In this document: positions 36,455 through 47,400 of the stretch, in pieces | Position numbering within the stretch: position 1 is the stretch's first letter | How the letters are laid out: each line of letters opens with the position of its first letter | Assembly: GCA_002269645.1 (NCBI GenBank) | Contig: NIVC01000834.1 | Location: 124,001 to 188,000, forward strand | Origin: Macrostomum lignano | Taxonomy: Eukaryota | Direction: 5' to 3' | DNA length: 64,000 bases | Made by a program: the position numbers and the translations under genes | Notes under the pieces: model-generated | What the model saw: only the letters and a program-made list of their open reading frames with translations | The model's database searches: none | What the model was told of the DNA's origin: nothing

Positions 36455-36740
36455 CCGGTTCTACGCGTCCTTAGCAACCGATTATCGATTCTAGGCGTCC
36501 TTAGCAACCGATTATCGATTCTAGGCGATCTTAGAAACCAATTACCGGTTTTAGGTGTCATTAGAAACCGATTGTCGATTCTAGGCGTCCTTAGCAACCG
36601 GTTTTCGATTCTGTGCGTCCCTAGCAACCGATTTACCATTCTTGGCGTCCTTGGCAACTGATTATCGATTCTAGACTCTATTAGCAAGCCTTCCTAGCAA
36701 CAACACATTTTAAGCATCCTTAGCAACCGATTCTAGACTC
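36455..36740. repeat. Diverged 30-bp tandem repeat (CTAGGCGTCCTTAGCAACCGATTATCGATT), ~9 copies
   Basis: Directly visible; it produces the 10-aa periodicity RTPRIDNRLL. Confidence 0.85.
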
Positions 36741-37414
36741 CAACATATTCACCATCCAGCAATCTTCCGCAGTTGAAGCAAGACCGAAGTCAAGCCTAAT
36801 TGTGTGAGAGCGTGCTGCTGTGCTCTGAAGCTCGTCCAGCCAATGTATAAAATTTGGGATTGGGCAACCCAGCGTCGCTTCCAGGGCCATTAAGGCAATA
36901 CTTGAAATGACAAATGAGTTTAGATATATTCGTCTATGGCAGAAGCAATTCCAGCCGCGCCGTTTTATAGTCTATGGCCGAAGCCATCCGAGATAAATTT
37001 GCCCGAGGCAAAAACAAATACCCGACACAAAAATAAGCTTTGGCTTCAGGGTACAACAAGACGCTAAGAGAGACTAAGAATAGTGGAATTTTGGCGGCAC
37101 TCTCGAACTGCACAGCTGGTAGCTATATATTTAAACAGCATGTTCTCGCTCTCTCTCTCTCTCTCTCCCTCTTTCTCGCCGCTGCTTCACCGTTCTGTGA
37201 AAAGCGACGCTTCTTTTAGGAAGCTACTTGCTAATATAACTATCAACTTGGCGTTGAATTATTTTTTATTAAACAAAATGCGCCAACGAAATGCACATCA
37301 TATTATATTAACAGTTATTATATTTTATCAGTCAAATAACACTCGTATAGACTTAATCGCTTCGGCCAAATTGCAAGAGAACGCCGATTTAATTGTTTTA
37401 ATTGAGTGGAAGGG

Positions 37415-37790
37415 AGGAGATGGGAGAGAGAGATGGGAGGAGGGATGGAAGAGATGGGAGGAGGGGCGGAAGAGACGGGAGAAGGGCGGAAGAGACGGGA
37501 GGAAGAGACGGGAGGAGGGGCGGAAGAGACGGGTGGAAGAGACGAGAAAAGGGGCGGAAGGGACGGGAGAAGGGCGGAAGAGACGGGAGAAGGGCGGAAG
37601 AGACGGGAGGAGGGGCGGAAGAGACGGGAGGAGGGGGCGGAAGAGACGGGAGAACGGGCGGAAGAGACGGGAGAAGGGCGGAAGAGACGGGAGGAGGGGC
37701 GGAAGAGACGGGAGAACGGGCGGAAGAGACGGGAGAAGGGCGGAAGAGACGGGAGGGGCGGAAGAGACGAAGGGCGGTATAGAGACGAGA
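37415..37790. repeat. Purine-rich ~20-bp repeat (GGGCGGAAGAGACGGGAGAA)
   Basis: Directly visible; it begins ~80 bp downstream of the RPF1 stop codon. Confidence 0.9.
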
Positions 37791-37867
37791 TCGCGTGAGG
37801 AAGCACAATGGCAGGCAGTCAGTTAGCCAGCAGAAACCGGTGTGAGACACGCCAGGTGGCGCCAAAA

Positions 37868-40649
37868 TCAGAGAAAGAAGCGCCTCCTACTCTGGTCCAT
37901 CTCGTGCCGTTTGTGCAGCCACTCGTAGCCGCCGCCGGCGCCAAGCGGTCCGGTTTGCAGCGAGCGCAGCTTCAGGGTGAACCTGGGCCCGACCTCTTGC
38001 AGAGCGCAGCGCGGCTTGGCGCCTGGTTTGGCGCCGGACCCAGGCTGGCGCAGGATGTAGCGATGGTGCCGGAAGAACACGTAGTCGCGCTGATTGTGAA
38101 AAGTCACCACACGGGCGTGCCGGCGCACACCGCTGGCGCCTGGGAAGATGGCGGCCAGGCCGCGGGCGACCCGACGGCCCAGACGGGTGTGGAATCGATT
38201 GCAGAGCACCTGCGGCGCCACAGTCTCCGGCTTGTCGTCCTCGGGCGGGCGGGGCAGCTCGCGGGGCAGCCGGACGCTCGACAGGCGGAAGGCGAAGGTA
38301 GGCCCAGCCGGTAGGTGGGTTAGCAGGGCGGTGCACGGCTTCTTGTCGTGCTCGCCAATTATCTGCGTTAGACCAAAGTTACCGATATGTATCGAAATTA
38401 AATTTAAACACAGGATGATTTCCGACCTACGATTAAGACTTTGGGGGTACATCAAATAGAATCAGGGATTTTTTTCTGATCTGAGGCATTGCTAACCTAG
38501 GTAGGATCGATTACCGACATGTATCGAAAAGAACTTTTTTCGGAATGGGGATTTTTATTAAATCTGCGATATATTACGAGATTAGATTGAATCAAGATTA
38601 GATTGAAAAATGATTTAACGATATGTATCGAAAAGTACATTTAAACACTGGAGATTTTTCTAATTTGTCTGTCTTTAAGAAGGCGTTAAAAAGATCGGCT
38701 GCCATTATGTATCGAAATTAACTTTCAACACTGAATTAAGCGTAAGATTTTTCGAGCTGCAATTGATTCAGAATTCAAGAAGTGCATTTAAAGAATATTA
38801 ATAATTGATTACACCTGCCCTAATGGCCAGACGTGCAACCGACAGCTCAGCCGCAGCTATTGCGCGGCGCATCTGAAGGCTGCGTACGGCTGTTCAGTCC
38901 AAAGACTAAGGAAGGGGGGGTTGCCACAAACCCTTAATTACCCCAGCTAATGCTGGCACCCATTTTACAGCTGGGTAAATAAAGCAATGCAGAGTTAACT
39001 GTCTTGCTCAAGGACACAAATTGTTCCGAGTGGGTTGAGAATCGAACCCCCGACCTTTCAGTCGTGTATCCGACGCTCCAACCACTAGGCTACAACCCAT
39101 TGAATATTAAAAGTTAATGATTTAAATAAAGCATCAATTATCGAAATGAGTCCATGGTAACTTTGAACACTAAAGGCATAAATATGCAAGCTCTGTGTTA
39201 TCACAAATACAAGATAAAAAAATGCAATTCGCTCTACTAACAGTAGCTTAATAAAGACAGGCTGCTAAATTGCAAAAACGTGTAGATAAATTATCGCGCA
39301 CCATCACAGCGGTGAACTCCTTGGCCTTGGCGGCGGCGAGCACCCGACCGAGAGGCAGTCGGCGACGCCGGCAGAACACGGCGTTGGGGACGGTGCGCGC
39401 CAGGCAACGGCAGAAGGCGGCTGTGCGTCGGCCGACCTCGTCGGCGTGAGTGACCAGCAGGCGGGGCAGGCGAGCTTGGCCTGGGGGTGGGGAAATCGAC
39501 ATTTTTTCGGGTTTGACCGATTGCAGAAAAATGGCTTCTTAGGTAAAAATATGGAAACCCATGCGTAAGGCAGTACCAATGTGACAAAATGGCACCCCTC
39601 CCTGAGTAAAATGGCACCCCTAGGAAAAATGGCACCCCTAGGTAAATATGGCACCCCTAGGTAAATATGGCACCCCTAGGTAAATATGGCACCCCTAGGA
39701 AAAATGGCACCCCTAGGTAAATATGGCACCCCTATGTAAAAATGGCACCCCTAGGTAAAAATGGCACCCCTATGTAAAAATGGCACCCCTAGGTAAAAAT
39801 GGCACCCCTAGGTAAAAATGGCACCCCTAGGTAAAAATGGCACCCCTAGGTAAAAATGGCACCCCTAGGTAAATATGGCACCCCTAGGAAAAATGGCACC
39901 CCTAGGTAAAAATGGCACCCCTAGGTAAAAATGGCACCCCTAGGTAAATATGGCACCCCTAGGAAAAATGGCACCCCTAGGAAAAATGGCACCCCTAGGA
40001 AAAATGGCACCCCTAGGTAAATATGGCACCCCTATGTAAAAATGGCACCCCTAGGAAAAATGGCACCCCTAGGTAAATATGGCACCCCTATGTAAAAATG
40101 GCACCCCTATGTAAAAATGGCACCCCTATGTAAAAATGGCACCCCTAGGTAAAAATGGCACCCCTAGGTAAAAACAGCAACGCGAAAGAATAAGCCGCAA
40201 TTATCCGGTAGCCAACCTTCGCCTCCAGCGCCAGCAGCGTCAAGAATGTCGGCAAACTCGTCGGCTGCCTCCTCAGCATCGACCTCAGCGTCCCCAGCCG
40301 GGCCAGTCATGGTGGCATCCGGCAGGCGCAGCGATTCCAGCGTGTGTGGCTCCTTGGCTGGGCCGGCAGCGCCGTTGTCGGCACCATTTCGTCGGCGAAG
40401 CTTCACGGCGGCCTCCTTGGCCTTACGCTCGGCCTGTCGGACCTGCTGGTAGGCGGCCTGCCTGCGCTGCTTGTTGCGGATGCTGCTCAGGCGCTGCTTC
40501 AGGCCAACTATGGAGCTGGCATCATCTTTCTTTGGCTTTTTATTAGTTTTCTGTTTCTTATTGTCATTGCTGTCGGGCCGAGGCGGCCCACTATTAGATG
40601 CATTCACTGCCGACTTGTTCTTGTTCGGCATTGTCTTGGTTTGAGCCAT
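37868..40649 (-). CDS. RPF1: Ribosome production factor 1 (Brix domain), 368 aa; exons 40649-40217, 39480-39302, 38362-37868
   Basis: Motifs IRNKQRRQ..Y, PHTLESLR, DEFA, PRLLVT, PNA..CRRRR, HLPAGPT.AFRLSSV, FHNQRDYVFFRHHRY, LQEVGPRFTLKL.SLQ.G and YEW.HKR.EMD.SRRRFFL. GT/AG junctions in phases 1 and 0 give 1107 nt. Confidence 0.92.
38802..39098 (-). mobile_element. Full-length tRNA-derived SINE in RPF1 intron 2
   Basis: On the minus strand: A box TAGCCTAGTGG and B box GGTTCGATTC. The central domain TGTGTCCTTGAGCAAGACAGTTAAC...CCCAGCTGTAAAATGGGT resembles the conserved central domains of CORE/Nin/Meta-type SINEs. Possible TSD GAATATTAA (38793 and 39102). Confidence 0.85.
39587..40172. repeat. 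18-19-bp minisatellite (AAA[A/T]ATGGCACCCCTAGGT), ~31 copies, in RPF1 intron 1
   Basis: Directly visible. Confidence 0.95.
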
Positions 40650-42679
40650 GATTTTAAATATATATTTTATTAGGGTATATGGGCGGTAGTAACTATGCAC
40701 TTAATTATTTCGGCAAATAAGTCGGATTCTAATTAGTTTATTGGTTGCAGTACTTTTAAACTATAAAGTCCTAAATAGAAGGTTTTTAATGGATTGCAGG
40801 CAATCTAAAATTGTCAAGCAACGAGTGGTGAGGCAGTTTAACCTGTTCATCTGACTGCTGAGAACATACCAGCACATTTCCTGTGCCTTGAGGATGGGCC
40901 CTAATGGGCATGAAATGATGTTAAATTTATTGATTTAAAATTAAGAAATGATAATATACATATTAAAAAATTAAATTTTTATTGCAATAAATATTTTGGT
41001 GGTACAGATGAGATGGGGCAAAGGAGGCTGTAGCTCTTATGTGACTTTTTTCCCATCCCCCCTAGAGGGTGATTATTCTCCTATCCCTCCCTAGGTGACC
41101 ATAGTTTTTTATTATGCACATTTTTATAGATTTTTTTAGCCTAACATATTCATACATGCGCAACTGCTGGCCGACCTGGCCGATCTGGCCACTGTAAATT
41201 GTGGTGGACCAGGGGTAAGTCACAAAAATGCCCAGCCTAAAAAATACAGGCGTAGTACTAATTAGATGACGAGGAATTTAGCCCTTATAAGACAGTTATA
41301 GTTACTCCTGCCGTTTACCCAAAATTGCGTTAGGGTTTCTTTTACAGGTAAGTTGCATAGCCAGTGTAAATCAGGGGGGTTGCGCATGTATGAATATATT
41401 GGTCTAATTCTAAAATTTGCAAGGGGGTGACCATCTAATGGGTAGTAGAATATTTATCCACTAGTAGATAAATAGTTCAAATGGAAGTTTAAAAATCATA
41501 ATAAACTTAGAAATATTAATCATAAATCATATTAAACTTAGAAATTTTTTGCAAGTACAAGGAAACTTGCAGAATTAAATATATTATATAGTGTTGGTTG
41601 GGCACAAATCCAATACTTTGATACTATTAGTGATATCTTTTAGATATTAGAATACTAAAAACCAATATTTTTAAATAATATTATATTGCAAAATAGCTAG
41701 CAATACCTTGCTATATCTGGATATACAAAGCCCCCTGTGGCTAAATCAAGTCATTGCTATTAGACTCTAATAACTTCCAATATAATTTTTTCTTAATAAT
41801 CCAATGGCAATTGGAATTGCCATTGAAAATTTGAAAATTTAAACAGACAAAATTTCTTTAAAAATAAAATGAATGAAATAATTTTTATACTTTTATAGAA
41901 GGTAATAATAGCTTATAAATATTTCAATAAATATTTTTTCTTTTTCTTTTTTATCATCTAAAAAAGCATATACTATAACATGAGCTATAATATATTGGCA
42001 TTTGTCTTGACTTGTTTGTTAAACTCTTTTCTCAATGTTTTTTTATTTTGTCCACTTAAGGAACTATTTTTAGCTTATTTAAAAGCTTTTAAACTATTAA
42101 AATGGTATTAGATAAAATAGAAAGTTCTTACAGTTTGTGAAAATAAGACTATAGTTTCTAGAAGCCATGTTATATGTGCAAAAGTATAAAAAGACAATTG
42201 ATTGATGAAAAACAACCCAAGTTCAAGTTTTAGCTACAGTGCTACAATATCATTATATACTTTAAGTACTTCTTCATTTCATAAAAGACTTAAAAAACCT
42301 AGAGAATTTTCTGCTTTATCTAATAAATGAAAGTTTTGTTTTTTATACATTTTAATGACTATATAACATAGTAACATATATACAAGATTAGGAGTATTTA
42401 TGGTAATATGGTATAAAGTGTTAAATGATATTGTCTTAGAACAAAACTTACAAAAGACCATCTATTGATAAGAAAATAATAAGTTAAGCAACTTAAGCCT
42501 AATAATTAGACCCTGGTATTGCTAGTAATTATCATTGCAAGGAATGGTATTATTTATTTATTCATCATTATCTACTATATAGGCCTAGCACTAGTAGATG
42601 AATAGTCTATAGGCAATCTAACTAGGGTAAAAAAATAGTATAGTCCAAAAGACAAATCTAGGCCTAACTTTCTAACCAT

Positions 42680-44050
42680 CTGAATTCCAGTTATTTTGCC
42701 CCTAAACCATTTCAGCTATGGACATTTTGCCCATAGTTTGTTTTGTCTATAAAACAGTTTTGCTATAAGCATTTTGGCTATAATGGTAACTATATAATTT
42801 AGAGATACAAACATGCTGCATATATATGTCTTTAATTTTGTCTTTTTCAATGCTAATTTTTTGTTTTAATATGTAATAAAATATGAATTGCTGGTAGGCC
42901 TACAATAAAAATTAATTATTAAATTGTGTCTTTGTGTCTATTGTAGTTATAAATTATTACAAGTTTTTTTTCTAAGAAAGTCTTGGCTCATTCCATATAA
43001 GCATGGTCGTAACATGACAGGTTATTTTTACTTATAAAATGAAATCTAATAATAGAATATACTAAACCAATATTTTAAATGAAAGATTATTTTGTCTAGA
43101 ATATATTTATAGAGTTTCATATAGATATCATCATTAGTATAGTATGCTATTAAACCTTAAATGACACTTATGGTCGTAACGACAGGATTTTTGACATATA
43201 GAAACTAAAAGGTAAAAGTCTTATAACATTTTTCATTTTTGATATTTTGCAATACATTTTTAAAATTTGACTAAGAACATCTTTAGAAATCATACTCTTT
43301 TATTAGAATATATAAACTCAAAAGGCAACAAAGATACAAAAGAAAAGGCAGCCTTATGGTCGTAACATTATGGTCGTAACATATTTTTTTCTGTCAATTC
43401 AGTAACTTTGAGGTACTAATACATTAAAAATATAATAGATTATTTGGTCACCAATGCTTTTATCTGATGATGCAAGTACTATACTTTTATCTATAGTTTG
43501 TTTCAACCTTCAAAAGCTTTCTATTTGTTTTTAAAAGGTACAAAATCTTAATGATGTCTTTTGCTTCGAAAAATGTCCAAATTTTTACAAAAATGACTTT
43601 TTGCCAATTGATAACATACTAATCCAACATTTTACCATTCCTTTATTCTTAGATTGTATATATTGCACAATATAAACATTTGGTAAAAAAATAGGCTAAT
43701 TAGGCAATGGCAAGCAAAAATATTGACTTTTTTCTATTTTCCAAATATGTCCATCTTATATGGAATGAGCCTCTTTCTTTTCAAAAGCATATAAGGCATA
43801 AGCCATTTTAATCAGAGGATAAGAGAAAAAGAAAGGGTTTTGGTAATACCAGAAATACAAAAAGAATAGGATCTGTCGATTTTTTGCAAATTTGTGCATT
43901 TATTGCCACCTTAGCCAAACTAGTATAATTGACTCAAAGGCGAAATAGTCCATGGCCAAAATGGTCTATAGGCAAAACAGTCTAGGGGCAAAATGGTCTG
44001 GGGGCAAAATGTTCATGGCCAAAACAGTTTAAAGGCAAAATGACTGGTTA
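42680..44050. mobile_element. Decayed inverted-repeat element with subterminal TTTTGCC / GGCAAAA repeats
   Basis: The left cluster of CATTTTGCCC motifs (42690-42780) mirrors the right cluster of GGCAAAA/GGCCAAAA motifs (43950-44045). The ends CCAGTTATTTTGCC and GGCAAAATGACTGG are inverted matches. Boundaries are approximate. Confidence 0.55.
42985..43771. mobile_element. Non-autonomous DNA transposon (787 bp), superfamily unassigned
   Basis: Perfect 17-bp TIRs GGCTCATTCCATATAAG / CTTATATGGAATGAGCC. TCTT on both flanks (possible 4-bp TSD). Internal ATGGTCGTAAC repeats. Confidence 0.8.
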
Positions 44051-44450
44051 CATCTCCCTCCCTAATTCTAACTGGAGGTGCTATACAATACCACAACTAC
44101 TAGCAGTAGCAATGTTAGAACTATTGACATTGACAAGTCATAGGACATAGCCTATGGCTATATAAGGCCTAGAAAAAGCAATATATTCATAATTAGATGA
44201 TGCCTTGCTATCAAACAAACTATAGGCTAGGCCTACTAATTACTATTTGGGCTATAAAAAGAATAAGTTAAGTAGGCCACTGCCAAACATGCAAAGCTAG
44301 CCCTTTTTCTTTTTTATGAATGCTTAAGGTGTTCAAATATAGCCATCTGGCTTTACTATAGAAAATTTACAGATATAGACCTACCCGCCTGGCCCTAGCT
44401 GTGGCCCCTACGCCTAGGCTTAGCTAAAATTAAAAAATCTATTAAATTGG

Positions 44451-47400
44451 TAGGGACTTCAGTGAGATCGGATATATGTGCGATTTTTTTAGAATATGCT
44501 AAAATGTTGCAATTTCAAATTTAAAATACTCTGAAACTATAGTGAATTAAAGAAAAGTGAAATATACTCTGTAATCTAGAAGAAAATTGCAATAGAATCT
44601 AGTATTACTTGACCCAAAAAACTTCATTAATTCGGTATAGTTTACTATGAAAGTGAATCACTCTCGTGCCGCAAAAAAATTTTGTGACCTTTTTTACGGA
44701 AAAAAGGTATAATCGTAAAGTCTAAAGTTTGTATTAAAAACAATGTTTTAAACAAAGTATCTTTGCAGAAACATAAAGGTAGATAAAAATACTACAATAT
44801 TTTGATTTTTTCAGTAAGAAAAAAATTTTCTACATCATAATTTAATGTACTTAAAATATTTTTTTTTATTTTTTTTACGATTTCCAATAGAGAAGAAGAC
44901 AAAATGATTTCAATTTTGTGTTCTGCATGCAAAAATATGTATAAAGAGCAAAAATTTTCGGAAGAAATCTCTGTCGCTCATGGAGTTCTCATTTCTATCC
45001 CAATGTATTAGTTTTGCCATTTAAGATATGAAAAATTAAAATATTTTCTTAAATTTAAAACGAGAAAGCTTTTTGAAGCTATTTTTCTATACTAAATGGC
45101 AAGACAAATCAAATAGAAAAGGTCTCAAAATCCAAGATGTTGTCGCTCTTGATGAAATTTGGGCTCAAATTAGGTAAATACTACAGGTATAAGGCAGGAG
45201 CAACATGTATTATATTTATAGTGTAAAATGCATCGTCATATAATCAATCGTTTAATTTAGAATTGAAGGCAAAGATATAGAAATTTAAGGCTTAAACAAC
45301 AATTTGTAATTTAAATGAGTAGGTAGCAATTGATAATTAAAGTAACTAACAAAGAAGTAACAATTCTCTCATGCAGTGGTATATCCAAATGGGGATAGAG
45401 AATTCTCAAGGCTCTGACACTTCAGTGGCTATATGGTACTCTACTATCTTAATTACTAGCTCATGCTATTTGGCAGCTCAGCTGCCCCACTTGTCTGGCT
45501 ATTAGCTAGTCTATAATACAAACATACCAAATTTGGCTAGTCTACATTGATATCCCAATTTTCTGCATTACTGTGTAGGAACACAACAGATACACACCCC
45601 TGTGGCGCTGAAATGCCCCCAGAATCTCGGCTGTGGCACTAAAAAGTAGTGACTATAAAAATCTTAAAAATCATCCTCCTCATCTTCATCCTCATCTGTG
45701 CTTCCAGAATTCTCTGCAGGTGTCGATAGGACATACAAGTCTTTTCTCATGTAATCGACATAGAGATTATACTTGTATTCCTTGCCTGGGTAGTCGTCTA
45801 AGGCAATAATGAAGCACCGATCGAGGATATCTTTGCCTCGTCCAACAGTGGGGACACGACGGAGGACTTCTCCATGTTCCCAGTAGTCGCCGTCCTCATA
45901 CTGAAACTTCAGCTCAATTCTGCAGCCAACTAAATCGGGCAGGTTTGCAAGATCAGGCTCAGGGGCTTCTACTGGGTTCGTGAGTTGGCCATCAGGTCCC
46001 CTTCTGTTGCGCCTGGGTCCAGCTGCTTGGTCAGCAACGGTTCCTCGATCAGCTCTAGTTGAGCTGCAGCTGCCTCGACCTCTAGCTCTACCTCGCCCAG
46101 TTCCACGTCCACGACCACGACCACGACCACGGCCACGACCACTAGCAGTTTCGGTGGAATTTGCTGCTGGAGCTGGACGTTGCCGAAGTCGGTCAGCAAC
46201 AGCGCTCTGGATGCGCTCTGCTCTAATCTCTGCGGCCAGTAGCTCCTGCGAGGATGGGCTAGGCGACTGAAAAGCATCGGACTCGCTCTCACTCATCAGC
46301 TCAATAACTTGTATTAAATTATTTTTCAGCTGCTGAGCATCGCGAACTACCCGACCCTCGGTGAAATTGAGCAGTCCAGCATTTTCCTTTGGCAGGCTGA
46401 TTTCTGTGAGTTAATTTTTTAAATAGTTTCATATAGTTGTTAATATCGATAGCTGAAAGTAATTTACTATTCACTCGTGCAGTTATCAACATTATCATCA
46501 TTTATAGCTTACTAGTTGCTTTAAAGAGCCGCAGGTGCGCCTTTACCGCGCTTTCGTGCCGATCCTCAGCCAAATTGTTCAGCGCTTGGTGCATTTCCTG
46601 AGTGGTGCGCCATGGACCCTTATACTGGCTGACATCTCGCACTAGCTCAAAGAGGGCTGCTGACTTGGCCTTTTCTTTCCGCTCCTTCTCTTCTATTTTC
46701 GCCCGCAGAATTTCTTCGCGGCGAATTCGGATTGCTTGGGCAGATTGCTTCCAGCGCTGTTCTAGTTTTGGAGCCATGTCGCGCGCTCTGTCCAGGATCT
46801 GCGACTGCTCCAACTCGCCCTTGGCATGCAGCCATTCAGCTGTGCAATTTTGGCCAAACAAAACGGCGGACTCTCTAGCAATAGGCCGCATGTTGGGCTT
46901 GTCAGCAACCGTTTTGTCGAGACACGCAAATGCTTGTTCACCAGAGACGTTGTCTTTTGGCGCCATTGAAGCAAAGGCTTGCTGCTCAGGCATCAGCTGG
47001 CTGAGCTTCCCACCAGGAAGGTGGTCAGCGACTTCGCGCTCCATCAGTACCACCATGTGGGCTGCGAGTACCTGTATGAAACAAAATTGTTCTGTTAATT
47101 TTTTATTCTGAAGTATACATGCCGATTGCTTATTTCTTTATTTTAGCTATGCCAACAGTATACCTGCATTGCCTGTCCGACCAACTCATTTTCCTGGGAC
47201 GAAATCTCGAATGCAGTCAGCGATGCCCAGATTTCTCGATCAACTTCATCGTCGAGTACTTTGGCGGCCAGCTCAGGGAACGGGCCAGTCAGCTCGAAGG
47301 ACACAACCGGTGGTGTGATCGCTATTTGTCGAAGCCAATTGCGGGCTAGTTCATACTTCCCGTTCATATCGATGATGCTGACTGTTTCTCTCTTGCTCCG

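Noticed and set aside
45664-46296. Separate second gene inside the transposon
   Set aside because: A GT-AG intron (46404-46512) joins it in frame to the transposase, so it is treated as the last exon.
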